DNA of 64,000 nt from Candidatus Bathyarchaeota archaeon (GTDB lineage: Archaea; Thermoproteota; Bathyarchaeia; 40CM-2-53-6), in contig CAVPLU010000009.1 in the NCBI GenBank assembly GCA_963706285.1, positions 91,033-155,032 of the forward strand. The letters are read 5' to 3'. The notes beneath the pieces were generated by a model that worked only from the letters and a program-made list of their open reading frames with translations, was not told where the DNA came from and searched no databases. Each line of letters opens with the position of its first letter. Within the stretch, counting starts at the first letter, position 1. Of the stretch, positions 51,246-60,949 are shown in pieces. A program made the translations under genes and the position numbers.

Positions 51246-51992
51246 CTATTTCATTTTGCTGAACGCGATCGAGCCGATCACGATCATTGCGGCCGCAAAC
51301 CCAAGTAGAACGCCCAAGTCTATCATTACGGGATATGTCGATATGCCGAGAATTACGCCTCGCATTCCGTCAACGGCATAGGTGACTGGATTCAAAGTCG
51401 TGAAGATGTGAAGCCAGGAAGGAAGATTATCGAGCGGGAAAAGAGCGCCGCTCAGAAAGAAGAGAGGAAAGATGAGGAAGCTAGTGATCAGGTTGAAACC
51501 TTCGGGGCTTTCCATGAATGAGCCTATTACAAGTCCAATGCTCACCACGGCAGAAGCGAGAACAAGCATGAAAATCATGGAGAGCACCACCATCTGCACG
51601 CTGTAAGAGATGCCGAGAATTACTCCGAAGGCAAGCATCAAGCCGCCTTGAATCAGCGCATCTGTACAGCCACCGAGCGTCTTTCCAGCAAAGATCGTTA
51701 GACGCGAGAGGGGTGCAACAAGCACTTCCTTGAAGAAATCAATTCGCTTGTCCCATACGATGTAGAGACCGAAGAATATTGAGGAGAAAAGGACTGTCAT
51801 CGTCAGTATGCCTGGAAAGATGAATGCTTGATAGTTCGTGCCTGCTAGGGACACGCTAGATCCCAATCCCCCTCCGAAAACGACGATCCAAAGCAGTGGA
51901 GTGAAAAGCGATGAGACGATCCTGGACTTTTCTCGAAGGAAGACCTTGAACTCACGATACCATAGGGCGTACAGACCGTCAAGCTCTGTCAT
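51246..51992 (-). CDS. ABC-2 type exporter permease
   Basis: PGI...G, KE-x-LVAP, FLSGA-x-FP...LP-x-W...NP-x-TY-x-VD. Confidence 0.92.
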   Translation of the reverse strand: MTELDGLYALWYREFKVFLREKSRIVSSLFTPLLWIVVFGGGLGSSVSLAGTNYQAFIFPGILTMTVLFSSIFFGLYIVWDKRIDFFKEVLVAPLSRLTIFAGKTLGGCTDALIQGGLMLAFGVILGISYSVQMVVLSMIFMLVLASAVVSIGLVIGSFMESPEGFNLITSFLIFPLFFLSGALFPLDNLPSWLHIFTTLNPVTYAVDGMRGVILGISTYPVMIDLGVLLGFAAAMIVIGSIAFSKMK

Positions 51993-52999
51993 TTCTCATT
52001 TGACCTCGCTCTTACTGCCCGTTCGAATATACCGCCCTCTGCTTCTGCTTGTCTGATCTCATGGCCGGTGTAGTGTAGGAATACATCATTCAATGTGGGG
52101 GTTCTCAGTTCAACTGACTCGGCGTTTCCCACCAAGCTGAGTATCTCCTGCAGATGCGCGCTGGAGTTCTTCACGGTCAGGAGAAGGTAACTGTCTGTTC
52201 GCTCAACTTTCACGACATATGGCAACTCCTTGATCGGACTGATCTTTGGATTCGCTATTTTGAGGCGAACAATGTCGCCGCCCACGATCTGCTTCAGCTT
52301 GTCAGGAGTGTCCAGTGCCACAATCTTTCCGTCGTCAATAATCGCAACTCTATCGCAGAGGTGCTCGGCCTCGTCCATATAGTGCGTGGTGAGGATAACC
52401 GTTACTCCTTCTTGGTCGGCCAGTCTGCGTATGTAATCCCAGATGTGCTCACGGGTTTGCGGATCAAGTCCGAGCGTAGGTTCGTCTAGGAAGAGTATCT
52501 TTGGCTTATGCAATAGTCCACGAGCAAGCTCAAGCCGACGCCTCATGCCCCCTGAATAGGTCTTGACCTGACTGTTTGCTCTATCCTCAAGATCAACTAG
52601 CCTTAGCACTTCACGAATTCGTTGTCTTCGCACATTACTTTCTACGCCGAACATTAGGGCATGAAGGTAGAGGTTCTCTTGTCCGGTAAGGATGTCGTCG
52701 CTGCTGGGTTCTTGAAAGACAATTCCGATGGATCTCCTCACGGCATCAGATTCAGTTACTATGTCGTGCTTGTTGACCTTCGCTGTGCCTTCTGTCGGTT
52801 TGAGTAGCGTTGCAAGCATCGAAAGGGTCGTAGTCTTGCCTGCACCGTTTGGTCCGAGAAGCCCGAATACTTCGCCCTCGCGGATGGACAGGTTAACGTG
52901 GTCGACCGCCACTAGTTTCTTGAATCTCTTTGTTAGACCAAATGTTTCGATCACAGGCTCGCCAAGCGTGCGATTGGGCACTGCACTGGTGTCATTCAA
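51989..52999 (-). CDS. ABC exporter ATP-binding protein (DrrA-like)
   Basis: GPNGAGKTT, YSGGM, FLDEPT-x-GLD, TTHY, PTL-x-DVF. Confidence 0.94.
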   Translation of the reverse strand: MNDTSAVPNRTLGEPVIETFGLTKRFKKLVAVDHVNLSIREGEVFGLLGPNGAGKTTTLSMLATLLKPTEGTAKVNKHDIVTESDAVRRSIGIVFQEPSSDDILTGQENLYLHALMFGVESNVRRQRIREVLRLVDLEDRANSQVKTYSGGMRRRLELARGLLHKPKILFLDEPTLGLDPQTREHIWDYIRRLADQEGVTVILTTHYMDEAEHLCDRVAIIDDGKIVALDTPDKLKQIVGGDIVRLKIANPKISPIKELPYVVKVERTDSYLLLTVKNSSAHLQEILSLVGNAESVELRTPTLNDVFLHYTGHEIRQAEAEGGIFERAVRARSNEK

Positions 53000-53129
53000 G
53001 GTCGGTCACGCAGAATCGTTTTCGCAGTAGACGGACCGGTCCTCTTAAGCGTTCCTTGATACAATTCGCAGATTCCTTATTTGTACGTGGGTTAATTGTA
53101 CGGGTTGTTCTGTTAATTGAGGTGTAGTC

Positions 53130-54270
53130 TTGGGGCGTGATGTCAGGTCGGAGACGGTCACGCTGTCGCCTCTTGAGCGGGCGATAGGTGAGGAGTGTGT
53201 GAGGACGTGGCTGTTTGAGCTCAACGTTGAGACGCGCCCGTCCTACACGACGAATTATCGAAAGTTTCTGTTGTGGCTTTGGCGAATCCCCGAATGGGCG
53301 GGTAAGATGCCGTCCGCGCTTTTGGATTTTCAGGAGAACGCGACCGGTCGCGAACGCATGCGTCTGCCTCGATTGATTGTTCAGTATGTGCAGGAGCGTG
53401 GGGGCACCTTCAAGAGCATGAACTGTTGCGCGTCTCACATACGCAGCTTCTTTCTACACAACAGCGTTGAGATTCCGATGCATTTCTGGACTCCGCAGCC
53501 GACGCGGGATGCGGTTCAAGGCAAACTAGAGTTCGAGCAAGTCCGCGACATCATCCTCCACGCGGATCCACGCTACACCGCCATCTTCCTAACGATGCTG
53601 CAGGGCATGATGGATCTGGAACGATTCAAACGCTTCAACCAGAAGTACGCGATGCCAGCTCGTGAAGCATCTTAAAGAGAAAAGCCTCGATGACCCGTTC
53701 CGAATCGATTTTCCGAACGGTCGCAAACAGAACCCGCGCCCCTTCTACACGTTCATCTATCATGACGCGTTGGCGGCTTGGAAGAACTACTTCACAGTTG
53801 AGCGAGGCTGGCCGGAACGGGAAGGAGAACCACTCGCGTTGACAGATAGAGGTACACCACCAGGCAAACCGGCAATCCGCGCTGTCTTCCGAACCCTCGC
53901 CGAACGCCAACACTATCGCCCTGAAACACCAAAGGGAGAGATGAGCGGCGTCGGACCACACGAAGCATTCCGAGATGTGGTTCGCTCGCATATGCAGACG
54001 GCGCGAAAGAAAGGATTCGACACCCTCTGCGCTGAATTCTGGATGGGCCACAGCGTCGACCCGTACAACTACAACAAGTTCACCCAAAACGAACCTGAGT
54101 ACGTGCTTGAGAACGCGAAGATCGCTGCGGGATACCTGAATATCATCAGCATGTCCACAGCGGAGCAGGAGAACACGAAAGAAGTGGAGAGCCTACGCGA
54201 AGAAGTCAAGAAACTGAGAGGCGACTTCGAAACCATCATCAAGACAAAGTTTGCAGACGGAAAGAGCTAG
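53130..54270 (+). CDS. Tyrosine recombinase/integrase-like protein (indel near 53655)
   Basis: IRSFF-x-HN; R-x-x-AI...QG-x-x-D; R-K; HEAFR; EF-x-MGH-x-x-D-x-x-x-Y; C-terminal coiled coil. Confidence 0.75.
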
Positions 54271-54275
54271 CGAAC

Positions 54276-54800
54276 CTATTTGACGTCACGAAAGCACCTC
54301 ACGATGTTGTCCTCTCCATGGGCTGCGACTACTCTGTTCGTTCCAGTCATCTGCTTCGATCGTACCAGCTTCTGGAAGTCCGCTAGTATGATCCAAGACA
54401 CGCGAGAGACAAGGAACTCAACGGTCATTCTCTCATCTTCGAGTTCCTCGAGTTTCATCTGTGGCTTGGCATGGATCCGTGACAAGGAGTCCAGAATTGC
54501 CTCCTCTATGGCCTGGAGCATTGGCCGGAACCACTCTTCGAAGTCAATACGACCGGGCTGAGTCTTCAGTCTTCGCTCATAGTAGACCCGAGGGGGGCGT
54601 GTCGAAGTGTCCACGATGCGGTTGACGAGTCTTGTTGCCTCTAGAGACTTCAATTCTTTGCTCAGCGTCGAGGGACTCATGTGGAGCTTTTTCAGTGTTG
54701 ATGTTCGCAATTCTGCGAGCGGTACTCGGCTGCCGTCTGCTGTCATGAGTGAGAGGATCCTGTCGCTGGGCGGTGTTTCGCGGTAAGATGGTCTCGCCAT
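54276..54800 (-). CDS. Winged-helix transcriptional regulator
   Basis: MSPSTLSKELK-x-LE-x-x-x-LV-x-R...RPP-x-VYY (HxlR-like). Confidence 0.75.
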   Translation of the reverse strand: MARPSYRETPPSDRILSLMTADGSRVPLAELRTSTLKKLHMSPSTLSKELKSLEATRLVNRIVDTSTRPPRVYYERRLKTQPGRIDFEEWFRPMLQAIEEAILDSLSRIHAKPQMKLEELEDERMTVEFLVSRVSWIILADFQKLVRSKQMTGTNRVVAAHGEDNIVRCFRDVK

Positions 54801-54811
54801 TGTATCGCCGT

Positions 54812-54849
54812 CTGTATACCAGTACAGTTAGGCGTACTGCTATTTATAA
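54812..54849. promoter_or_regulatory. Divergent promoter with overlapping palindromes
   Basis: CTGTA-N6-TACAG (54812-54827), CAGTAC-N8-GTACTG (54820-54839), TATTTATAA (54841-54849). Confidence 0.5.
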
Positions 54850-54879
54850 CACTTACGCGAACTGTGATCCAGTGGTGCG

Positions 54880-55014
54880 ATGAGCAAACTTACAACTATC
54901 GCCGTCTCAAGAGAAGTCTACGATGCCCTCAAGAAACTAGGGCAGACGAGCGAAAGTTTCGACACAGTACTTCGCCGTCTGCTGAAGGTGCCCCTCGATG
55001 AACGCCGCTTTTGA
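54880..55014 (+). CDS. Small ribbon-helix-helix (VapB-antitoxin-like) protein
   Basis: Manual ORF MSKLTTIAVSREVYDALKKLGQTSESFDTVLRRLL. Confidence 0.75.
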   Translation: MSKLTTIAVSREVYDALKKLGQTSESFDTVLRRLLKVPLDERRF

Positions 55015-55153
55015 CGTCAGGGCGCTCGGAGAAACGATAGCCAAAGCCCTTGGCTTGAGGCCTGGTGACGATGTCGAAATTCAGCGCGATAAACTCGATG
55101 CGAACAGAGTCTTGGTTAGACGTCACGCGAATGACAGTGGATCCACCGCATGA
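54998..55153 (+). CDS. Small AbrB/MazE-like protein
   Basis: Manual ORF ...IAKALGLRPGDDVEI...RVLVRR; ATGA overlap with the next gene. Confidence 0.55.
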   Translation: MNAAFDVRALGETIAKALGLRPGDDVEIQRDKLDANRVLVRRHANDSGSTA

Positions 55154-55338
55154 GCACCCAGCGGTACAGCTTCATCTGTCGCAAGTGCGGTGCCTCGGAC
55201 ACCGTTTCCTTCCAACCCACGGACGAGCGACCATTGCTCTGCCGACGGTGCTTCAAGAAGCAAAGAGGAGAGATGACTGTGGATTCCTCCAAGAGCTTCT
55301 GGAGCCAACGCCGCGAGGTGCATCAGAGTGGCCACTGA
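55150..55338 (+). CDS. CxxC-x17-CxxC zinc-binding protein
   Basis: CRKCG-x4-V-x-F-x-P-x3-RP-x2-CRRCF. Confidence 0.75.
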   Translation: MSTQRYSFICRKCGASDTVSFQPTDERPLLCRRCFKKQRGEMTVDSSKSFWSQRREVHQSGH

Positions 55339-56527
55339 GACCCAACAGACTAGGTTGACGTCAGTCTTCTCGGACAAGCGAGTCTTTCAACTCGACTACG
55401 TGCCAGAACGAATTCTCCATCGCGACGACCAGATATCAAAGATCCAATGCATCTTGGCCGATCTGGAGAGAGGCGTCAGACCGAGAAACGTGCTCTGTGT
55501 CGGAGACTTTGGCACCGGCAAGACAGCAGTGGTTCGTTCCATCTGTCGAGGGTCGCCTGCCGGCAGCCTACGTGATGGAGTCGCTGCACTCTATGTCAAT
55601 TGTTCAGAAGAGAACACGCAGAATCGGATAATCAGAAGTGTCCTTAGAGATCTTGGTGCGCCGGTGAAGCCTGGATTTCCTACCGACTACTATCTGCGCA
55701 CTTTCAAGGAATTAGTCGGGCAGAAGACGAGTCTGATTCTGATCCTAGACGAGGTTGACAAACTCGTTGAACGAAAGGGCTCCGAATATGAAGAACTCTT
55801 CTACACCCTCTCCCGGTCTCTCACCAACGTGGTCATCATACTCCTCACCAACCGCGCCAGCTTGGAGACCACGCTTCTCTCAAGTCTCGACTCCCGGGTC
55901 AGAGACACCTTCCGCTTTGAGCGGGTCGAATTCGGAGACTATGATGTGTCAGAACTCAGCAGCATCCTCTCAGATAGATGCCGAATCGGACTCAAGGACA
56001 ACGCATACGATCCCGGAATCGTGGACCTGATAGCAGGAATAGCGTACAAGAGAGGGCTACGAGCTCGCGGACTTATCGATTTGACTCGAAAGGCTGCTGA
56101 GACCGCTGAATACAATGGACATGAGACGATCACCTACGATGATGTTCAGAAGGCCGCGTTGGAATCGTCTCATGATCGTGAGATGGAGATCATCCGGCGT
56201 TTGCCGCCGGCTCACCGAGCCATCCTCGGCTATATCCTGGTGGAATCGCCGAGGTCAAAAACTGCGAACGAGGGGTTCCGGATGCTGGCAGCTCGTCTGG
56301 GCTTCGGGCAATCACCTGTGACAATCCACGGCTACATCAACGACCTCGAGACAATGGGACTGACTACGAAAGAGAAGCGTGGCTTGGGAAGAGGAAAAGG
56401 CGTAGAGATGAGGCTGATCGTACCGCCCGAACTCGTCAACATCGTGGCAAAAAGCCTCGGTGTAGACCCTCCCCACCCCATTTCCGAATATGTAAATCGA
56501 GGATTCTCTGGACCTCGGGGAGACTGA
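55328..56527 (+). CDS. cdc6: Orc1/Cdc6 family replication initiator (element-borne)
   Basis: DYVPE-x-x-x-HR, Walker A GDFGTGKT, YVNC, Walker B ILDEVD, C-terminal wH with G-x-G-x-G wing. Confidence 0.9.
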   Translation: MATETQQTRLTSVFSDKRVFQLDYVPERILHRDDQISKIQCILADLERGVRPRNVLCVGDFGTGKTAVVRSICRGSPAGSLRDGVAALYVNCSEENTQNRIIRSVLRDLGAPVKPGFPTDYYLRTFKELVGQKTSLILILDEVDKLVERKGSEYEELFYTLSRSLTNVVIILLTNRASLETTLLSSLDSRVRDTFRFERVEFGDYDVSELSSILSDRCRIGLKDNAYDPGIVDLIAGIAYKRGLRARGLIDLTRKAAETAEYNGHETITYDDVQKAALESSHDREMEIIRRLPPAHRAILGYILVESPRSKTANEGFRMLAARLGFGQSPVTIHGYINDLETMGLTTKEKRGLGRGKGVEMRLIVPPELVNIVAKSLGVDPPHPISEYVNRGFSGPRGD

Positions 56528-57375
56528 TTGAGAGGATTGACGTCTGAAAGAGAGCGGACCCCTGTTACATCTTCGGTGCTGGGGTGTGGCGTGGACGTCG
56601 CGCACCGCAGAATAATCAAGTCTGAACGAGCCTACGCCAGGCGCTCAGAGTTCACAGACCCAATCACTAGGAAATGAACCGATATGACAAAACCAACCGA
56701 GAAACCCGGGGAACGTCCCAAACTCGAGACAAATAATAGGCCCCACCATACACCCCCCACCCCCTGTCACGCGTCTAAGTCCGCTGTGGATCCCAAGATT
56801 AAGCCGGAGCGGAGGCGCAGCCTTGACTAGAACTCGCATCCAAATCCATGCGCCGGAAGAAATCAACCGAAATGCGAACGCCATCATCGCCGCGGAAATC
56901 GCTAGGGATCGCACAGAACTCAATGGCAGAACAGTAGTGGCATCTCGGCTTCTTGCCCTCTCTTGGGCTGGAACGATTCGCTCTAAATAGTATGAATCGG
57001 GAATCAGTCACTGTGGTTCTCATGTCTTCTAGAGCAGGGTCAGCTCTTGCAGTCTCACAGACTCTGGCTGAGCTCTGAATAGCTGTTAGGAAGGTGCTGA
57101 CGCGACCATAGATCCAGTACGGGATCATGATCTGGATGTGACCAGGAGGACGACGCTCAATCGGTTCATACGGATCCTCGGATTCAAGTGACGCCTTAGC
57201 CGTCAACGAGATGCAAACCACTGATAGCCAATGAGAGAATGAACACGTAAGGAGAGGCCTAGTCGAACGTGTCAGAGTTTGGGAGTTCAGCTTCAGTTAC
57301 GATCCTCACTCTCGCCGTATTGTTCCTCCGATATCTTATCCACGCCGGTCGTTCTCGCGAGCAATGTGAAATGAA

Positions 57376-57624
57376 ATGGGGAGAACAATACCGTCGTGGC
57401 GAATCGTCTTCAAAGAAGAACTCACGCGATTGGAGCGATTCAGGCAATTCCTTAGGCCAGAAGAACGCGTCGTATTCGATGATCTGGCTGCACAATGCGT
57501 AATCTATGCGCCATACGCTGGAAGCATGGCCTCCCCAATCAAAGAAGTCCCCCTACTTCTATCAATGATCTTCGCACAATACAAGAGACTCATGCAGCTT
57601 GAGAAACGCATCAAGTTACGGTGA
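57376..57624 (+). CDS. Small helical 'MGRT' family protein
   Basis: MGRT-x-PS-x-R...FR-x-x-LR-x-E-x-x-x-x-FD-x-L...LLSM; resembles proteins recalled from archaeal PolB2 operons. Confidence 0.7.
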   Translation: MGRTIPSWRIVFKEELTRLERFRQFLRPEERVVFDDLAAQCVIYAPYAGSMASPIKEVPLLLSMIFAQYKRLMQLEKRIKLR

Positions 57625-57656
57625 GGACTCTTGACTCAAGAACACCCTTTCTGACT

Positions 57657-57917
57657 TCAGAAGTACGGCGCTGCTAGCGTTATTGCCTCGTATCCGACCT
57701 TCTTGATCAACGCCACAATCTCAGCCTCGTCGGTGACTTTCTCGTCATAGTCCACGAGAATCAGGTCCAACATGTAGTTCGATCCTACTGACTTGACGCC
57801 CTCAGCTTTCTCAAGCGCCCTGCGAACGGGGAGGATGCAAGTCGAACAATGCACCCCGACTATTCTCAGTCTAGCTCTCTGCAAAGGACATCCATCCACG
57901 AGAAACTGCGCAGCCAA
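57657..57917 (-). CDS. Heavy-metal-associated (HMA/CopZ-like) protein
   Basis: G-x-HCSTC, L-x-x-x-x-GV, V-x-YD, I-x-x-x-GY. Confidence 0.85.
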   Translation of the reverse strand: MAAQFLVDGCPLQRARLRIVGVHCSTCILPVRRALEKAEGVKSVGSNYMLDLILVDYDEKVTDEAEIVALIKKVGYEAITLAAPYF

Positions 57918-57989
57918 AAATGGGGTGATAGTGGAACTCTCTAGTGCTGGTCACTGATCATTATTCCACTCTTCGATCCGTTCTATGAT

Positions 57990-58412
57990 CTATGCGTTGG
58001 GACAGGCGGTTTGGTTCACGTACTGATTTCGCCACTGGCCATGCCCATGACCGTTCATGGAGCCGTTCCCGCTTGATCCGTTCCCACAATAGTCACACAC
58101 TCCGTCGCCATTCGCGTCAACGAAACCCGATCCTTGGGCGGTGATACCGTATTCTGCTAGCAACTCATGAATCGCCGTCGATGTCTGTTCCGCAGTCCAT
58201 CCCTTGGCTGAGGCTTGCGCTTTGATGTCCCAGATCTTCTGCTGAATCTCGTTCACTTGCTGCTCAGTCAAGCCTTCAGTCCACCACGCATGTCCGCGTC
58301 CGCGTTGGCGAGTCGTATCTGCAATTGCCATAGGCGCCGAGTACGTGGCAAGCAACCCAACGGCAAGAACTGCAAGAAACGCCACTCCAAGCACCGTATA
58401 CTTCTGTTTCAA
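57990..58412 (-). CDS. Exported hypothetical protein with DANGDG-x-CDxC motif
   Basis: GGAGG SD before TTG 58412; N-terminal hydrophobic signal; GFVDANGDGVCDYCG; Gly/His-rich tail. Confidence 0.6.
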   Translation of the reverse strand: MKQKYTVLGVAFLAVLAVGLLATYSAPMAIADTTRQRGRGHAWWTEGLTEQQVNEIQQKIWDIKAQASAKGWTAEQTSTAIHELLAEYGITAQGSGFVDANGDGVCDYCGNGSSGNGSMNGHGHGQWRNQYVNQTACPNA

Positions 58413-58514
58413 TTTCAACCTCCTGCGACTGCTACGCAACGTCAACCAAGTCAAAATAATAAAAGGGGATTTCCCAGAATTGCCCCCATCCAATACCCAA
58501 ATTGCATCCAAAAC

Positions 58515-58919
58515 CTAGCGATATCTGAAAGCAAAGAAGAGTAGGACAACGAGAGCGATCAAGGCGAACAGATCTGGGAAGAAAGCGAAGGGCCCAAGTC
58601 CAGATCCTCTGAATCCAAAACCGGATTGCAACCATGGATTGGATGTAATCGCGTACGTCATCATCGCCAAGGTAAAAATGATGAGTCCAACAGCAAACTC
58701 AGAACGTGTGTCAAAATAGACTCCGAGAAATAGTAGCAGCAAGACAACAAGAAGCACCAGATTGACTGTCGACAGCACTCCCTTGACCGTGTAGTACCAT
58801 TCATAGTCCCCGTGCATACGCATACCCTGCCCTGGCCCTCCTGGTTGCGCAAAAGCCAGCACAGGCATAGACAACGCTAGGAGAGTGAACGCAACTGCCA
58901 CAAACGTCTTCAAATTCAT
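58515..58919 (-). CDS. Small integral membrane protein
   Basis: Signal-like N-terminus and about three TM helices; SNP...GLGPF-x-x-x-PD-x-F. Confidence 0.65.
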   Translation of the reverse strand: MNLKTFVAVAFTLLALSMPVLAFAQPGGPGQGMRMHGDYEWYYTVKGVLSTVNLVLLVVLLLLFLGVYFDTRSEFAVGLIIFTLAMMTYAITSNPWLQSGFGFRGSGLGPFAFFPDLFALIALVVLLFFAFRYR

Positions 58920-58944
58920 TAGCGACAACAGGTGTCGCGGCTCT

Positions 58945-59265
58945 CTACACACTTTTCTCCTTTTCTCCAATTTGGCTCCAAATCTCCTCAAAGACAGCAA
59001 AATTCTCGTCGAGCTGGGGAGAGAGGAAGTACGTGGCTCCGTAGCCTCCTTCGCCAGCATACGTGACGAGGCCATTTCTTTGAAGCACTTCCAAGTGATG
59101 ACGGATCGTCTTGTAGTCGACCTTCATCTTCTCTGCGAGCTGATTTGCGTTACCCGGTCGTTCCTTAAGCGTCAGTATGAGCCGACCTCTTGTCTTGCCT
59201 CCTTTCGTGCCGGATATTAGCCACCATAGTAGGTACTTGATGGAATGCATCGGTGCGTACTTCAC
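58945..59265 (-). CDS. ArsR-like winged-helix regulator
   Basis: WWL-x-x-GTKGG-x-x-R, P-x-NANQLA, DYKTI-x-HHL-x-VL. Confidence 0.88.
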   Translation of the reverse strand: MKYAPMHSIKYLLWWLISGTKGGKTRGRLILTLKERPGNANQLAEKMKVDYKTIRHHLEVLQRNGLVTYAGEGGYGATYFLSPQLDENFAVFEEIWSQIGEKEKSV

Positions 59266-59409
59266 TTCGCCTCGTCATATCTGGCGAGCCACGAACCTGT
59301 GTCTCTCGGATTTGAATATGTGCTGAAATCCTTACGCGCAGAAAAACTGTTCCATGGCACCCAAAGGGTCTGATCCAGAAGCATTCTCGATCAATGGATG
59401 GCACCGTGT

Positions 59410-60880
59410 TCATGCGTTAACGGATAGGTCATCGTCACGGAGTTGGTAGTGATGCTGAAGAAGATGCCGGTACTGCTCCGCGGTCATGGTTGATTGGAAT
59501 GCACGTTGGACCACTTCGCTCATTGCAGGATGAATATGCATAGCGTCAAGGAGCGGGCGGGCGCTCTGGTCCGGCGTGTACATGAGATTGACGATCTCTT
59601 GAATCAGGGAAGAGGCATATGGTCCGATGATGTGTGCTCCAAGGATTCTGGAACTGTCTCTTTCTAGGATGACCTTGACGAAGTAGTCTTTCAGGTCCAT
59701 AGCCTCGCCCTTAGCAGTATCCTCGTACCGTTGGAAGCCGATCAGAATACGATCCTCACCGTATTGCTTGGCTGCCTCTACTTGCTTGAGGCCAACGCTT
59801 GCGATCTCAGGATACGTGAAGACGGCATGGGGGACAGCGTGATAGTCGACTTTGATCTTCTTTTTCATCACAGCATTGTAGTAGACGATGATGGACTCGT
59901 AGTTGGCCACATGCTTGAAGAGATGTCTTCCATCCGCATCGCCGAAAGCCCAGACGTTAGGTTGGGAGGTCTCGAGGTACTCGTTGACACTGATCCATCC
60001 TTTCTCGTCCGTCTTGATGCCTGCTTTCTCTGGATGCAGTATGTCGGTGTTAGGGCCCCGCCCAGAGGCAATCAAGATCTCATCCGCTATGATCGTTTTG
60101 GTCTCCCCAGTCTGTCTATGGACGGCGACGATCTTCTTCTTGCCCTCCTGCGTCCTCTCGGCCTGGACGACTTCACAATTCGTGAGGATAGTCATGTGCT
60201 TGCCCAATTCACGCATGGCTAGGGCTGAGACTTCCGGTTCCTCCTGTGGTAGGAATTGACGGTTGCGGCCGATAATCGAAACCTTTGAGCCCATGGCTGA
60301 TAGGAAGTGACCGTATTCAGCGGCGATGTATCCTCCACCTATGACAGCCACACTCTCCGGCAGCTGCGTCTGGTGAAGGATAGTATCACTCGTCTGGTAG
60401 CCCGTCTGCTCAAGTCCGGGAATCGGGGGTATGATTGGTTTCGATCCTAGACAGAGGAGGAACATCTTCGACGTGATATTCTCCCGCCCAACCTTCAAGG
60501 TATACGGACCGACAAACTCCGCTGGCATATTGGTAGTAGTCGATGTTCTCCGACCCAGTGAGTCCTTGCCGGATGGAATCAATTTCTCCGTCAATCAGCG
60601 TTCTCATTCGTTTCATAACTTTCGCGAAATCGACTTTCTCGATCTTCAAGTCGATACCGAAAGTGTTCGCTCGTTCCATTATGCGCACTAGCTCGGCAGG
60701 ATAGAGTAGGATCTTTGATGGAATGCAGCCTCGAGTGAGGCAGATTCCGCCCGGCTCGTCCTTGTCGACTACGGCCACCTTGATGTTCGGATCACGTTGT
60801 AACATAGCGTCGACAATGTTCATCGCTGAACCTGAACCAATAGCGATCAGATCATACTCTTTCATGTGCTCATAGGTCAT
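59410..60880 (-). CDS. Class I pyridine nucleotide-disulfide oxidoreductase (dihydrolipoamide dehydrogenase/mycothione reductase-like; indel near 60530)
   Basis: IGSGS, GGICLTRGCIPSK, IGGGYIAAE, GD, HIHP-x-x-SE. Confidence 0.9.
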
Positions 60881-60949
60881 GGGTCTACGCCTGCAGTTAT
60901 CTGCGAACAGTCTCGCGTCGCTGTCTAAATAGCAATTTGCAGTCCGGGT

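Larger units (their letters stand above)
53130..57000. mobile_element. Probable integrated element (integrase, regulators, Orc1/Cdc6); boundaries not resolved
   Basis: Tyrosine recombinase next to a divergent wHTH and an RHH-AbrB-Zn finger-Cdc6 operon of tightly overlapping small genes; no att repeats found. Confidence 0.65.

Noticed and set aside
53000-53130. att or dif site for the integrase
   Set aside because: No convincing palindrome and no second copy found by eye in the window
54812-54827. CTGT-N8-ACAG match to the proteobacterial SOS box
   Set aside because: Archaeal context with no LexA seen; more likely an operator for the local wHTH or chance
54880-55153. Toxin-antitoxin pair
   Set aside because: Both genes resemble DNA-binding antitoxin-like folds and no PIN/RelE toxin is adjacent
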